The translations under genes were made by a program, and so were the position numbers. A stretch of 56,516 nt of DNA, from the IMG/VR virus record IMGVR_UViG_3300037803_000024, positions 1 to 56,516 of that record. One strand, written 5' to 3'. Each line of letters opens with the position of its first letter. Position 1 is the first letter of the stretch. Shown piece by piece: positions 16,494-27,087 of the stretch. Source of the DNA: a virus (taxonomy: Duplodnaviria > Caudoviricetes). The notes under the pieces were generated by a model. It was given only the letters and a program-made list of their open reading frames with translations. It was not told the origin of the DNA and did not search any database.

Positions 16494-17366
16494 TCATGCG
16501 GCAATCCTTTCCCCTTTCAGGGCGTGAGCGCTGATCCAGCGGCCAACCTGCTCTGCAACCGCAGGACACACCGCGTTCCCCAACCCCTTCATGGCACGCT
16601 CGTCCACCCAACGGGGAAGCCCATCGCGGTCTCGGTATTGTCTTCGGCTTCCACGTGGGGGAGCAGGACGGGCCAGAGACGGACCGCTCTGAACCATGTC
16701 GGACGGCGCGGACCGGGCGGGTTGCAGTTGAAGCCATCCCAATTGCTTGCGTCTGGTGTGGGCCAGAACACGCGGGAAGACGGGTTCGGGGGACAATCCT
16801 CCGTCGCGGTGCTTCCCCACCAGAAACACCCTGTCGCGGATGTGAGGGGCGCCAAAGGCAGACGCCGGAAGATGATCCCATTCAACATCGTACCCGCACG
16901 AGGCCAAGGCCCCAAGAACGGCCCCGAACCACATTCCTCCATTCCCGGCAAGGAGGTTTGAGACGTTTTCGACAAGAACGTACCTAGGCCGTAACTGGCT
17001 AATGGCTCTTGCATACTCCCTCCATGTGACGCCGCTTCGCGTGCCTTCGCCTGTGCCTGCCCTCTTCCCCGCGACCGAGACGTCCGTGCACATGAACCCG
17101 CCTGCCAGCACGTCGGGGCGAACGGCGGCCTTCCAATCAACCTGTGTTACGTCGCCGTAGTTGGTTAGGTGCGGCCAATGCTTGCGCAGAACGCGAGACG
17201 CGAATTCGTCGTTCTCGCACTGCCATACCACGCGCATCCCTGCGCGCTCCAAGCCCAAGTCCATCCCGCCGATGCCAGAAAAGAGGCTGCCAACCGTCAA
17301 CATATATCTAGGGTGGGCATCGTTCGTTGCTCCGGTTGAGAGCTCAAGCGTGCTGGCGGCTGTCAC
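16494..17366 (-). CDS. DNA (cytosine-5)-methyltransferase
   Basis: Motif I SLFSGIGG; motif IV GGFMC; motif VI ENV; motif VIII PHIRDRVF; motif X LGNAV. Confidence 0.9.
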   Translation of the reverse strand: MTAASTLELSTGATNDAHPRYMLTVGSLFSGIGGMDLGLERAGMRVVWQCENDEFASRVLRKHWPHLTNYGDVTQVDWKAAVRPDVLAGGFMCTDVSVAGKRAGTGEGTRSGVTWREYARAISQLRPRYVLVENVSNLLAGNGGMWFGAVLGALASCGYDVEWDHLPASAFGAPHIRDRVFLVGKHRDGGLSPEPVFPRVLAHTRRKQLGWLQLQPARSAPSDMVQSGPSLARPAPPRGSRRQYRDRDGLPRWVDERAMKGLGNAVCPAVAEQVGRWISAHALKGERIAA

Positions 17367-17635
17367 ACCGCCAGCACGGAAGGGGATTGAGACCGAAGGC
17401 CAGCAAGCACCCCTCGCTCCGCGCGAAGGCTCGCCAACTCACGGTTGACAGCGTTGGTCAAAAGTGAGATTTGTCGGCCGCTGATGTCGTGCTGTCCGAA
17501 GGTCTCCATCCAAAGCGGGTAGTTGACCGAGCCCGGTTGGGTGCTCTCGTCTATGTCGCGAAAGATCACCGCAGTAAAATCCTGACGCTTGAACCTAAGA
17601 GCCAGCCGAAGCACCAAGCGGCGGTAGTTGGTCAT
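17363..17635 (-). CDS. Hypothetical protein
   Basis: GTGA overlap with the methyltransferase gene. Confidence 0.45.
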   Translation of the reverse strand: MTNYRRLVLRLALRFKRQDFTAVIFRDIDESTQPGSVNYPLWMETFGQHDISGRQISLLTNAVNRELASLRAERGVLAGLRSQSPSVLAV

Positions 17636-17688
17636 CCTTCGCTCCGTTGGTCGTGAGGTGCAGGGGCGCGTCCTACCTGACAGGCAAT

Positions 17689-17964
17689 CTAAGCACCCTC
17701 TTGCGACTGCGCAAGGGTTACGTTGCCAAAGGCCAGAAAGTCAGGCAGGGAGTCGCCAAAGAATCGGGCCACACGGTCCGCTGTCGCGAGCGTCGGCGTC
17801 CACCGCAGGTTTTCGATCTGGCCCACACGCTGTCGCGTTGTGCCCAGCGGTGCAGCCATGTCCTCGTGCGTGAGCCCTGCGGCTTTTCGCTTGGCACGCA
17901 TCGCCGCCTGAAAGGCCAGCAGGGCATCAGTGGTCGCGGCAGTCACAGCCCGGCCCGCTTCCAA
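17689..17964 (-). CDS. XRE-family HTH regulator
   Basis: GLTHEDMAAPLGTTRQRVGQIENLRWTPTLATADRVARFF. Confidence 0.8.
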   Translation of the reverse strand: MEAGRAVTAATTDALLAFQAAMRAKRKAAGLTHEDMAAPLGTTRQRVGQIENLRWTPTLATADRVARFFGDSLPDFLAFGNVTLAQSQEGA

Positions 17965-18764
17965 GCGCGGTCCAGCGCCACAACGTCAATCACCTCGTGC
18001 TCTTCCACAAGAACGCGATCTACTTCCAGCCCTCCGTTGACGGTAAAGTCTACAACCAGCCCGCCGTTGGGCCAGTTGATCGGATCGGGGGCGAAGCGGT
18101 CAACGATCACGCCCTTGCTTCTCCAGCCGATGCGCCGGGTGATCGGAAACACCGGTTCTACGACGGCGCCAACGGCGAACATTTCAGGCATGGATAGGTG
18201 CTCCTTCCGCTCGCCCACAGAGCAGGCATTGCATGCAGGTTTGCGGGCCAGAGTATACGAACAGGTGCTTGTTGACGGGCTTTCCGGCGAGTTGCCATGC
18301 AGTTTCGGTGAGCATCACCGCTACCGCTGGCGTGCCGTTCGGATACCTGACCTGCGATGGCGTCAGGCGCACGATGCCGCGATCATGCAGAGCAACAAGC
18401 GCGCGCCGAATCCCCGGATGGAAGTCTGCCACTTCCGAGACGACGCCGTTGCTCGCCTGCTCCACCATCTCGCGGAGCGCCCACCGCTGCCGCTTGCCGA
18501 TGCGCGGAGCTACCATAGCATCCTCGCTACGTTGAAGCCGCCGCCGTCCACCTGCCGAGTGCTGAACCCCGGAACGTGGAATCCGTAGGTCTGTTCGTAC
18601 TGGTGCACGACGTTCTCCGCGAAGGCCCAAGAACGGACGAACACCCAACCGCTCTCGTGCAGGATCTCCACCGCTTCGGGTACGCTCATCTTGGCCGTGG
18701 CTGCGTCGATCATCGTTTCGTCTCCAGTGGTCAGGTTTGAACTCGTACCGCCCTTCTGAGATTC

Positions 18765-18793
18765 AACCTAATCACCCAACCTCAATCGCGCAA
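18765..18793 (-). promoter_or_regulatory. sigma70-like promoter
   Basis: TTGCGC-17-TAGGTT upstream of the gene starting at 18713. Confidence 0.5.
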
Positions 18794-18929
18794 GGGTTAC
18801 GTTTCTATAGGACCGATGGGAGGATGGATGCCCAAGGCTGCACAGCGGCGGTAGAAGGCGGCGTTCAGCGAGGCAAGCATGGCTTCTCCGGCGGCGTGAT
18901 CGCGCTCGGCTCGCCACTCCGTACACTGT

Positions 18930-18989
18930 GGATGCGAACCGCATATCGATTCGGTGTGCGAAGCGGTATGCGAACGACTATGCGTACCA
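18930..18989 (+). repeat. 12-bp imperfect tandem array (iteron-like; candidate replication origin)
   Basis: GGATGCGAACCG/CATATCGATTCG/GTGTGCGAAGCG/GTATGCGAACGA/CTATGCGTACCA, followed by an A-rich tract. Confidence 0.5.
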
Positions 18990-19068
18990 GAAGCTAGAGA
19001 TAAACTACTCGTCAGAGAGAAAGTGTGGTGGTTACACGTGCGCACGTGCGTATGCGCGCGAGGGCGAT

Positions 19069-19395
19069 TCACGGCTTCCCCCAGCGTGCGTCGGCGGCGC
19101 GGCGGTTGACCTGCGCCTGCGCGGTCCACTTGGCGATTTCCGCATCAGCCCGCTTGTTGTGCAGGAAGCCGTCTCCGTTCTGCGGGAAGAACTCCGCCAC
19201 CACTCGGCTCACCGCCTCTATCTCGTCTTGGCCGTGCGCCCCGGCGATCCGGCAGAGGGCGGGCAGGTCGCATGGCAGTGGTCGCATGGTTGAATAGTAG
19301 TGGTCCAGCAACGCGCTGTAGGCTCCGCGCTCCGTAAGCGAGAGGTGCCCCGTCTTCCGCGTGAAGTCGCCCATGTAGCGCTTGTAGAAGTTCAC
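19069..19395 (-). CDS. DUF1376 (YdaU-like) replication-initiator N-terminal domain protein
   Basis: MNFYKRYMGDF..KTGHLSLTERGAYSALLDHYY...LHNKRADAEI. Confidence 0.8.
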   Translation of the reverse strand: MNFYKRYMGDFTRKTGHLSLTERGAYSALLDHYYSTMRPLPCDLPALCRIAGAHGQDEIEAVSRVVAEFFPQNGDGFLHNKRADAEIAKWTAQAQVNRRAADARWGKP

Positions 19396-20354
19396 GGCGC
19401 CACCCTGGGCGCCCGAAACCGGGCTGCGCGTGAGATGATGTCTGCCAACTCCGCGTCCACCGCCCGCCGCACGTCGCCGCGCGTTTCATGCAGGCGCTTC
19501 CGCTCCATCCGTTCGGCGGTCCTCTCCATCCTCCAGTCGCAGAAGTCCGTTCCGTGGATGCCGACCGGCACGGCAATGCCCCCTCCGTGCGCGTCAGCGG
19601 CCTCCTGGGCCGCGAGGACGCCGGGGTTGGACCCAATCCTACCCTCGGTGCCGTAATCGTTGTCAGCGGCGATTGTGAGCAGACCCGCGTACGGTACGGA
19701 GACCTTGGACAGGTTGCCGGAATTGAATGCGACGACCACCCGTGTCAGCGGAGCCGCGTTGTAGATGGCGAGTCCCGTCGCAAGGCCCTCGCATAGCACC
19801 GTAATCGACGCCTGCGGCCTTTCGATGGTGTAGGAGGCACCGGAGGCAGGGGCGCCGGGCCAGAAGCGTTTAACGCCGTCTGGCGCGATTCTCTGCACGC
19901 TCATCAGGTTCCGGTCCCGAAACATCGGCACCACCAGCCAGCCGTCGCGGTCTACACGCAGGCCGTAGCAGCCCGAAGCATCCAGCCCGTGCGCCTCCAG
20001 GTAGGGGTGCACGCCAATGAGCGGTTCGCACTCGCAGTGATATTCGCGCGCCGCCTGCGTCGCTCGCACCTGACGCTGGCGAGCTTCCGCATTCGCGCGG
20101 CGGAGTAGCGCAGCGTCGAAGTGAGGCGAAGGTGATTCGCCGCGTTCGGGCGTCCAGACGAGCGGCTGCGGATGGATCATGAAGTCCATTGCCCAACCGC
20201 GCCCGCCATCGGCAGCCAACTTCCAACTGCCGTTCTTCTTGCGCGGATTGGTTTCGCATGGGCAGCGGTGCCACCTGCCGTCCGCGACGACGGCGCCGCG
20301 CGGCATCAGTCCAAGCCCGCGGATGAACGCTTCAAACGCTTCGGCGGCGCTCAT
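19392..20354 (-). CDS. Toprim-domain DNA primase
   Basis: HPYLEAHG, LVVPM, CEGLATG, AADND. Confidence 0.85.
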   Translation of the reverse strand: MSAAEAFEAFIRGLGLMPRGAVVADGRWHRCPCETNPRKKNGSWKLAADGGRGWAMDFMIHPQPLVWTPERGESPSPHFDAALLRRANAEARQRQVRATQAAREYHCECEPLIGVHPYLEAHGLDASGCYGLRVDRDGWLVVPMFRDRNLMSVQRIAPDGVKRFWPGAPASGASYTIERPQASITVLCEGLATGLAIYNAAPLTRVVVAFNSGNLSKVSVPYAGLLTIAADNDYGTEGRIGSNPGVLAAQEAADAHGGGIAVPVGIHGTDFCDWRMERTAERMERKRLHETRGDVRRAVDAELADIISRAARFRAPRVAP

Positions 20355-21805
20355 CGCTTCTTGCTCCGCGCGTAGGCAATGGCCTCAGAGCGTATCCAGC
20401 GCAGCAGCGCGGGTGAGGGCGGCTTCGGCACCTCGCGCAGGTTGCTCGGGAAGGTGCCGAAGCGCGCCTTGAACTTGGCCGCCGCATAGCCGGGTTTGTA
20501 TCCCCGCTCGCGCACGATCCAGAGCAGTTGCGAGTATATGTCCTGCCGCTGGTCCGGCGTGGCGCTGGCGCCGCCTGCCAACTCGCGCAGTTCGCCCGCC
20601 ACGTGCGATACGCCGGAGCGTCGCGGGTAGACGTAGCCGCAGTGAGGACAAGAGGGCCTTGGGTCGTGCACCCGGTAGCACTTGGGGCACTTTATCGGCT
20701 TCTTCCCATCCTCTTTCGCCTTCTTCTTCTCCTTCGGCCTGCCGTCATCCAGTTCGGTTGCCCCGTGCTCGAAGAAGTTGTTCATCTGGTTCCAGAACCG
20801 CAGCACGTTGCCGCTGTGGTCCAAGAGCGTGCAAACCTCCTTGCCGGGGTGAGAGCGAAGGCCGCGGCCGAACATCTGGATGAACTCCGTCAGGCTCTTG
20901 CGGAGCGGGCGGGCCATCACGATCACTTCCACGTCTGACACGTCAAAGCCCTTGGCGAGCGCGGAGACGGAAATCAGCCCGCGGATGTAGCTGTGCGGCT
21001 TCCGGAATTCCTCCACCATGCGCGCGCGTTCATCGTCGCCCGTGCGGTAGGTGTAGAGCGCGCACTGCACCCCGGCTGCGAGGAACTGACGCTGCATCTC
21101 CTCGCAGTGCGCGACCGTGCACCCGAAGGCGATGAATTTCTTCTCGCCCCCGTGTTTCAGGTACTCCGCCACGCAGTCCCCGACGATAGGCATAGAGCGC
21201 TTCGCCGCCTCATCTTCAGTCCACTCCCCCGCGATGACCTTCGCGCCAGTCATGTCCGGTTCGCTGGCTGCGAAAATCCGGTACGCCGCCAACCAGCCTT
21301 GTGTGATGAGCGCGTTTGTGGTCGTGACGGAGACGATTTTCTCGTAGTGCCTGCCCAGCCCCTTCGTGAACGGCGTGGCGGTCAGGCCGATGGTAACGCA
21401 GTTTCGCGCGCCGATCCGGCGCGTGACCGCCGCGTTCAGGCCATGCGCTTCGTCCACGATTATCAGGTGCGCATCGGGCCACGAGCGGCGCGCGAGGGTC
21501 TGCGCGCTGGCGACCTGAATGCGCTCCCACGGCCTGTGCCTCCAGTGATCCGCCTGAATGACGCCGTGCGGTATGCCGTACGCATCCAGCATGGCACTTG
21601 TCTGGTCTACCAAGGGAATGCGGTCGCAAACGAAGACTGCGCGTTTGGAACCCTTGTTGTAGCACTCGTCCAGCAGGTAGGAGGCGAGGACGGTCTTTCC
21701 CGAGCCGGTGGGCGCGCTGAGAATCTGATTGCGCACGCCCTGCCGGATGTTCTCGCGTAGTGCCTCTATCGATTCGTTCTGAAACGGGCGTAACTGGATG
21801 TCCAC
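20351..21805 (-). CDS. SF2 DEAH helicase with C-terminal Zn ribbon
   Basis: APTGSGKT, DEAH, TAT, QMFGRGLR, CPKC...CPHCG. Confidence 0.92.
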   Translation of the reverse strand: MDIQLRPFQNESIEALRENIRQGVRNQILSAPTGSGKTVLASYLLDECYNKGSKRAVFVCDRIPLVDQTSAMLDAYGIPHGVIQADHWRHRPWERIQVASAQTLARRSWPDAHLIIVDEAHGLNAAVTRRIGARNCVTIGLTATPFTKGLGRHYEKIVSVTTTNALITQGWLAAYRIFAASEPDMTGAKVIAGEWTEDEAAKRSMPIVGDCVAEYLKHGGEKKFIAFGCTVAHCEEMQRQFLAAGVQCALYTYRTGDDERARMVEEFRKPHSYIRGLISVSALAKGFDVSDVEVIVMARPLRKSLTEFIQMFGRGLRSHPGKEVCTLLDHSGNVLRFWNQMNNFFEHGATELDDGRPKEKKKAKEDGKKPIKCPKCYRVHDPRPSCPHCGYVYPRRSGVSHVAGELRELAGGASATPDQRQDIYSQLLWIVRERGYKPGYAAAKFKARFGTFPSNLREVPKPPSPALLRWIRSEAIAYARSKKR

Positions 21806-21844
21806 GGATTTCCTCTCTCGCGGCTCCCGGCCGCTGCGGGCGGT

Positions 21845-22939
21845 TCAGTTCTTCAGGGCTTCGATGGCGGGGATGATGTCGGCGTTCTGAAGCACGTCGA
21901 GGGCGGTCCTGACCCTCTTCAGCACGGACCCGTAACGCTCCGCCTGCTGTCTCGCCTCGCGCCCCGTGGTCATCTCCTGCTGCAACCGCCCGTTCAACTG
22001 CGCGAACTTCGCCTGAAGGGCGATGATCTCCCGGTCCTTGTCCGTGCGGTTGAGGGAGTCGATGACACTGTTCAACTGGTCGATTTCCGCGTGAGCCCGC
22101 TCCAGTTCCGCTGCCACGTCAGGCGCGTCGTCGGGTGCCGGTCCCGGGGTGCGCTCGCGCTCCACGCGCTCCACGGCCTTGCGCGTGGCCCTGCCGTTGC
22201 CGTTGCTGCCGGAGAGCTTCACCGCGGCGTCCACGATCTCCGTGGCCGCGTCGCCATGCTTCTTGACGATGCGCACGGCCTCCGTCGCCGCTACCTGCCC
22301 CTGCTGGACGCGCTGGCGCACCGCTTCTGGCAACTCCAGCACATCCATCAATCCGTTGATCGTGCCCACGGTCCACCCGGATTCGGTGGCAATTTGCTCC
22401 GGCGACCAACCGAGATTGAGCAGCCGCTTGACGGTCTGCGCCTTCTCCATCCGGGTAAGCGGCTTGCCGGAGTTGCGCACCAGCAGCGAGAGCACGCGGT
22501 CCGCGTCGTTAGACCCCTGCGGCTCCGTGCGCACCGGCACGGTCATTACCGGCGCGTTCAGATTGTTGATGGCGTACCACGCGCCGCGCAGGCGGCTTTC
22601 GCCATCGGACAGCCAGAGCTTTCCGCCCTCCCAATAGACGGTGAGCGGCTGCTGGACGCCGCGTGCGGCGATGGAGTGCGCGAGGTCAAGGACGTGCTCC
22701 TGATTCTCCAGCAGGGAGAAGTCGCGCGTGTTCCAGCCCGGTTTGATGTGGATGTCGAACGGGGAGACGGAGAAGGTGTCGGTGCGCCCATGCATCAGGC
22801 TCTTGACGCCGTGCAGGCCAGCATTCTTGGCCTTCTTGCGCTCCGCTTCCTCCGTCACGCGGCGGGCGGCTTCGCTGGCGGGCTGGCGTGCGGCGTCCAC
22901 GTCCAGCGGGAACGAGGGTAGAACGGCAGCGTCTGTCAT
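21845..22939 (-). CDS. ParB-like N-terminal domain protein with HTH and coiled coil
   Basis: GWNTR...LAHSIAARGVQQPLTV...LSDGESRLR...GWSPEQIATESG. Confidence 0.75.
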   Translation of the reverse strand: MTDAAVLPSFPLDVDAARQPASEAARRVTEEAERKKAKNAGLHGVKSLMHGRTDTFSVSPFDIHIKPGWNTRDFSLLENQEHVLDLAHSIAARGVQQPLTVYWEGGKLWLSDGESRLRGAWYAINNLNAPVMTVPVRTEPQGSNDADRVLSLLVRNSGKPLTRMEKAQTVKRLLNLGWSPEQIATESGWTVGTINGLMDVLELPEAVRQRVQQGQVAATEAVRIVKKHGDAATEIVDAAVKLSGSNGNGRATRKAVERVERERTPGPAPDDAPDVAAELERAHAEIDQLNSVIDSLNRTDKDREIIALQAKFAQLNGRLQQEMTTGREARQQAERYGSVLKRVRTALDVLQNADIIPAIEALKN

Positions 22940-23158
22940 GGCGGGCTTTCTGGAGAAAAGGAAAGCGCCCCCGTGCGGTACACACTTGGAGAAACCCTTC
23001 TCCCCCGCCGAGAAGAGGGGAGTCGGCAAGCGTGACGACACGGGGGCGCAGAGGTCCCTCGGAAGTCTCTCGGCTTATTTCAATCGGCGTTTCTCACGCG
23101 CCGGTCGCGGTACTTGGCGACACTTCAACCTATCCTGCGCCAGACCCCAGCGCAAGCC

Positions 23159-23959
23159 TCACCTAAGCGCGGTTGCGCGCGGGTCAAGGTCCAGCGCAAC
23201 GTCCTCTCGCAGACTCGCCAGCGTGAAGTTGAGATAGGCTCGCTCCCTGCCGTTTACCAGCCATTCTCGTTCACAGTCTTTGAGCGTGGCGCCAGGAAGG
23301 GCCGTGTACAGCCCGTCGAGCGAACCGTGAGCCGACACCAGCTCTGCCGCGCGCCTGTCCGTGAAGCCGTAGAAACGCACTCCACCCCGCGTCTGCCGCT
23401 CCGCGCCTAACCGGGGTATATCATCCCCCTTGTCGCCCGCGATGGCCTTCAGGGACGTAATCTGATGCGGCCAGACACCCATGCGCGCGTGCGTCTCGGT
23501 TGAGCCTAGAGCCGCTTCGCCCCCATTCTCCGGCCAGAGGATCGTTGCTCGGTCCGCGCACTGGAGCAGGTCGGAATCGCGCGTCAGGAGCATTGCCCGC
23601 GTGCCCTTGGCCGCGCAGCGGGCGGTAAGCGTCGCCAGCACGTCGTCCGCTTCAAAACCGGCTACCCCCGCGTGGCAGATACCCACGTCGTCCAGCAGCG
23701 GCACGAGTGCGTCCGTCATCTCCGCCGTGGAAGGCCCGTGCGATACTCTGGATGCCTTGTACACCGGGTCCATCAGCCGTCGCCACGTGGGCTCGGGACG
23801 GTCCAGCGCGACCACGAGGTGAGTGGGGCGCCAGCGGAGCAGCGCCTTGCGGATCATCCCCAGCGCGACCGCGGCGGCCCCTGCGGCATCGGCGCATTGT
23901 GCCCCGTGATACGCCCGGTGCAGCGTGTTGGACCCGTCTACGGCCAGCAGGAGATTCAT
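23159..23959 (-). CDS. 5'-3' exonuclease (PolA N-terminal/FEN family)
   Basis: VDGSN..HRAYH, YKASR, FEADDV, TRDSDLLQ, GDKGDDIP. Confidence 0.88.
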   Translation of the reverse strand: MNLLLAVDGSNTLHRAYHGAQCADAAGAAAVALGMIRKALLRWRPTHLVVALDRPEPTWRRLMDPVYKASRVSHGPSTAEMTDALVPLLDDVGICHAGVAGFEADDVLATLTARCAAKGTRAMLLTRDSDLLQCADRATILWPENGGEAALGSTETHARMGVWPHQITSLKAIAGDKGDDIPRLGAERQTRGGVRFYGFTDRRAAELVSAHGSLDGLYTALPGATLKDCEREWLVNGRERAYLNFTLASLREDVALDLDPRATALR

Positions 23960-24490
23960 AGCCGAGCCTGCCCGTTCAGGAGATAGGTTTCGGCTTTGAT
24001 CTGCTCAAGCTTGATCTTGAGATATTCGCGCCGAAGCTTCCACGCCTCAAGCTTGTCGAAGAGCTTGCCCAACTCCTTTTTCAGTTCCCGCGCCCTGCGC
24101 CGTTCGGCCTTGGTATCGTCAACGAAGGTCCGGTAGCGTAAGGCGGCGTGGGCGATGTCCTCTGCCCTGCCGTCCGTCAATTCGATTTTGACCTGATTCC
24201 CCTTCGCATCGGTCTTGTAGTCCGGCTTCTGACTGTAGGCGTCCCTCGCCTCTTGCTTCAGTTCAGATAGCAACAGGCTACGCTCTACATCCCACAGGGA
24301 AGGCGAGCGTCCGCGCGAGATGTAGCGGTCCTCTATCGCCCGCTTCTCCGCCAGCAACGGGCCGACCTTCTGGCGCATCTCCCAATACTTCTTGGGCGCC
24401 TCTTCCAGTTCACGCAGCATCCCGTCTACGTCGTATCCCGTTTCGTGGGATACAAGCGCCGTAACGCGGCCCGGCACGTCGGGATTCATG
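23956..24490 (-). CDS. Coiled-coil hypothetical protein
   Basis: MNPDVPG start; ATGA-coupled to the exonuclease gene. Confidence 0.5.
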
Positions 24491-25465
24491 AGTAGCCCTC
24501 CACCTCTGCCGCCCTCGACAGCGCGCACAGCGGACAGCAAAGCTCTCCGTCCGCCACTACTTCCCAACCTTGGGCGACGGCCTGCTCTACTCCCCGCTCA
24601 CCTGTCTCCACCTCAATCAGGGCAGTGCAGTAAGCACAGTCAGTAAGGACCGTGGCGGAGTCGTCGGGGGTAGAAATGCCGGAACGCGCTGGAGCGAAAA
24701 TTCTGCGGCAATCGCACACAGGATCTTCGCACAGACCCACGACTCTGAAAGGACGGCTAGACATCGGCGTAGTGCAGCACTCCTTCCTCTGCCAGACAGC
24801 GAAGGCACGGTGCGCCGGAGTTGCGGTCCTCCATCGGCTGGCTGTGTCGCAGCGATGCGCACCAGGATATACCGCCGATGGCGCGCGGGTCGTCGCGGGC
24901 AACGAACATCGCGCATTCCTGATCCTGCGCTGTCGGCACGATTAACGCGTCCAGAAGGCGCTTGGTGGTAGGTCCGTGGTTACCCTTGAAGTTGACACCT
25001 TCGCCGTACTGATCGTCGTTGTACATCAAGTGGAGCATCCACACGGCGCACTGTTTCTCGCTCTCTGGATCGGCACGGTGGATGCACCGCTCGCACCACA
25101 CTTCCTCAAACCCCACCCCTGCGGTGCCATTCGAGAATGAGCCCACCGTTGTTAACCCTCCTCCGGAGTGCGGTCAAGCCAGAGCGTGAGGCGGTCCCGT
25201 AGAGCCGTCACCTGTTCGCGATCCAGCAGCAGGTCTACCGCTGGATCACCGTCGTCCGCGGCGGAAGTGCTGAGGCGAAGGAAGTCCACGAGACCGCCGT
25301 CCGTGCCGCAGTGTGCGGGGATGCCAGCGATTTCCAGCCAGCCGCGGCGCGGGTCGTTTTTCGTCGGGAGTTCGTGCGATGCCCAGTATGCGTACGGCGC
25401 CCCAAGGCGTCCGGCGTCATCATCCCATTCGTCGCCGTCCAAGCAGAATAGCGTTGCGTACAGGC

Positions 25466-25903
25466 TCATTTGCTCACCTTTAGCTTGGGTGCGGCACTTT
25501 GCCCACGCGAGCGAGTGGCCTTGTCCACGTAATCCGGGTGCTTGTTCTTCATGTGGGCGGCCAGTTGCTTGAACGAGCGGTTGCAGCAGGGGCACGTACC
25601 CGCGGAGACGCGGTTCAGCTTCTTCTCCACGGCTTTGCGCGCCTCTCGCTCCACCATCTCGTTCTGCTCTGCCGATGCACGCAGGCGACGTTCGCGCAGC
25701 ACGGTATCCCGCAGCTCGCGAATCTGACGCTCCTTGTCCGTCTCCCCGCTGAAGATGAGCGAGTGTCCGTTCGGACAGACGAAACCCTTGTGATCCTCGC
25801 GTCTCGCCTTCTCCTACAGCGCGGGGACGGCGAAGGTGAGGCCACAGGAGCAGCAGTCGATGGTTTCAAAATCGACTTGCCGACTGACTTTCATCGCTGG
25901 CAT
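25466..25903 (-). pseudogene. Zn-binding protein gene interrupted by an in-frame TAG
   Basis: MPAMKVSRQVDFETIDCCSCGLTFAVPAL*EKARREDHKGFVCPNGH...CPCCNRSF...H...H; TAG at 25816-25814. Confidence 0.7.
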
Positions 25904-26480
25904 CGCTTCGCCTTGGGCTTGGGTGCTTCCTTCCCTACTCGTGACCACGCTACGTCTCCGAACATCTCGTAGTGCGGTCTGCACCAGCCGTCTATCTGCG
26001 CAGGTCTGTCACAGGCTCCGCACTGGCCCTTGCCGGTCAGGACGACGGTGTTCAGGTGAGGCTTGCGAGGCATTTCAGGACTCACCGGGGGCGGGAGCGC
26101 ACATCGCTTCCCCAGAGGCCGCTATGACCGCCTCGCCGTAGTCTCCTTCCCACGTGGCAGCGTAAGCGGACACCGCGTCCGCGCAGAGGTGGCGCTGGTC
26201 TCTGGCGTGCTCCTTGAACGCCGTTTCCGTGCGAGAGACGAATGCACGCCGGGTTGAATCACGCAGTCGTATCCCCGCCGCGTTCGCTGCCTCTTCCGCT
26301 CGCTCTCTTGCGCTTTTCATGGCTTACGCATCCTCTGGTGAGGCGTCGGGATCGCTGCGGTGCAGGGCTCCGTACGCCCGGTCGCGCATCCCGTTGGGGA
26401 GGTGACGCAGGTCGTCCACGATGTCCGTCAACTCGTTTCTCGCGATGGAGAGCAGGCCACGCAGGCGGTCGCACTCGGCT

Positions 26481-26756
26481 TCAAGCGCGGTGATCCTGCG
26501 CGAGGTGCCGCGCTCTTTCTTTGTCCCCGGCATCGAGCTTTGGCTCCCTAAGCAGGTCGTGAGGGTCGCGGCACAACTCCGCGCAATCGACGTGCAGCCT
26601 GTCCGCGAACTCCTGAATGCGCTTCTCGGAAAGGCCGTACTTCCCGGTAAGCACATGGCTCACGTAGTGGCGAGGCCAGCCTAGATCATCGTAGGTCAGG
26701 CCCTTGGCTTCCAAGAAGAAGCGGATGTTGGCGCGGATGCGGGCGGAGAGGTTCAT
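26481..26756 (-). CDS. XRE-like HTH protein
   Basis: IRANIRFFLEAKGLTYDDLGWPRHYVSHVLTGK...IQEFADRLHV. Confidence 0.6.
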   Translation of the reverse strand: MNLSARIRANIRFFLEAKGLTYDDLGWPRHYVSHVLTGKYGLSEKRIQEFADRLHVDCAELCRDPHDLLREPKLDAGDKERARHLAQDHRA

Positions 26757-27010
26757 GCGTACGTGTCCTCTTGCGCACGCCGACGAGCTTCGCTGCCCGC
26801 GCAGTCACGGAGGACGCCCATGTGCGTCTCGAAGGACTCCGTCGCCTCTCGCTTCGTGCGGTACATCTGAGGCGCGGAGAGCGAGCGGTAATCCCACGTC
26901 CAGCGCCCCGCCACCTTTTTCAACGGGTAGCCGTTCGATCCCCACATCGAAACGTGAGTCATGAGAGCGCGGTCATCGTCGCTCAGGGGGCGGTCGTAGG
27001 TGCGCATCAT
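26753..27010 (-). CDS. Hypothetical protein
   Basis: First gene after the promoter at 27059-27087. Confidence 0.5.
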   Translation of the reverse strand: MMRTYDRPLSDDDRALMTHVSMWGSNGYPLKKVAGRWTWDYRSLSAPQMYRTKREATESFETHMGVLRDCAGSEARRRAQEDTYA

Positions 27011-27058
27011 AGGTCCCGGCTCCGTGGGTCAGCTATCGTCTCAACTTCCACTAGGTAC

Positions 27059-27087
27059 AGTATAGCATCATTCCTGTTGGTGCGCAA
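27059..27087 (-). promoter_or_regulatory. sigma70-like promoter
   Basis: TTGCGC-17-TATACT. Confidence 0.65.

Noticed and set aside
18930-18989. CRISPR array
   Set aside because: Units are 12-bp, contiguous and degenerate, with no spacers and no cas genes
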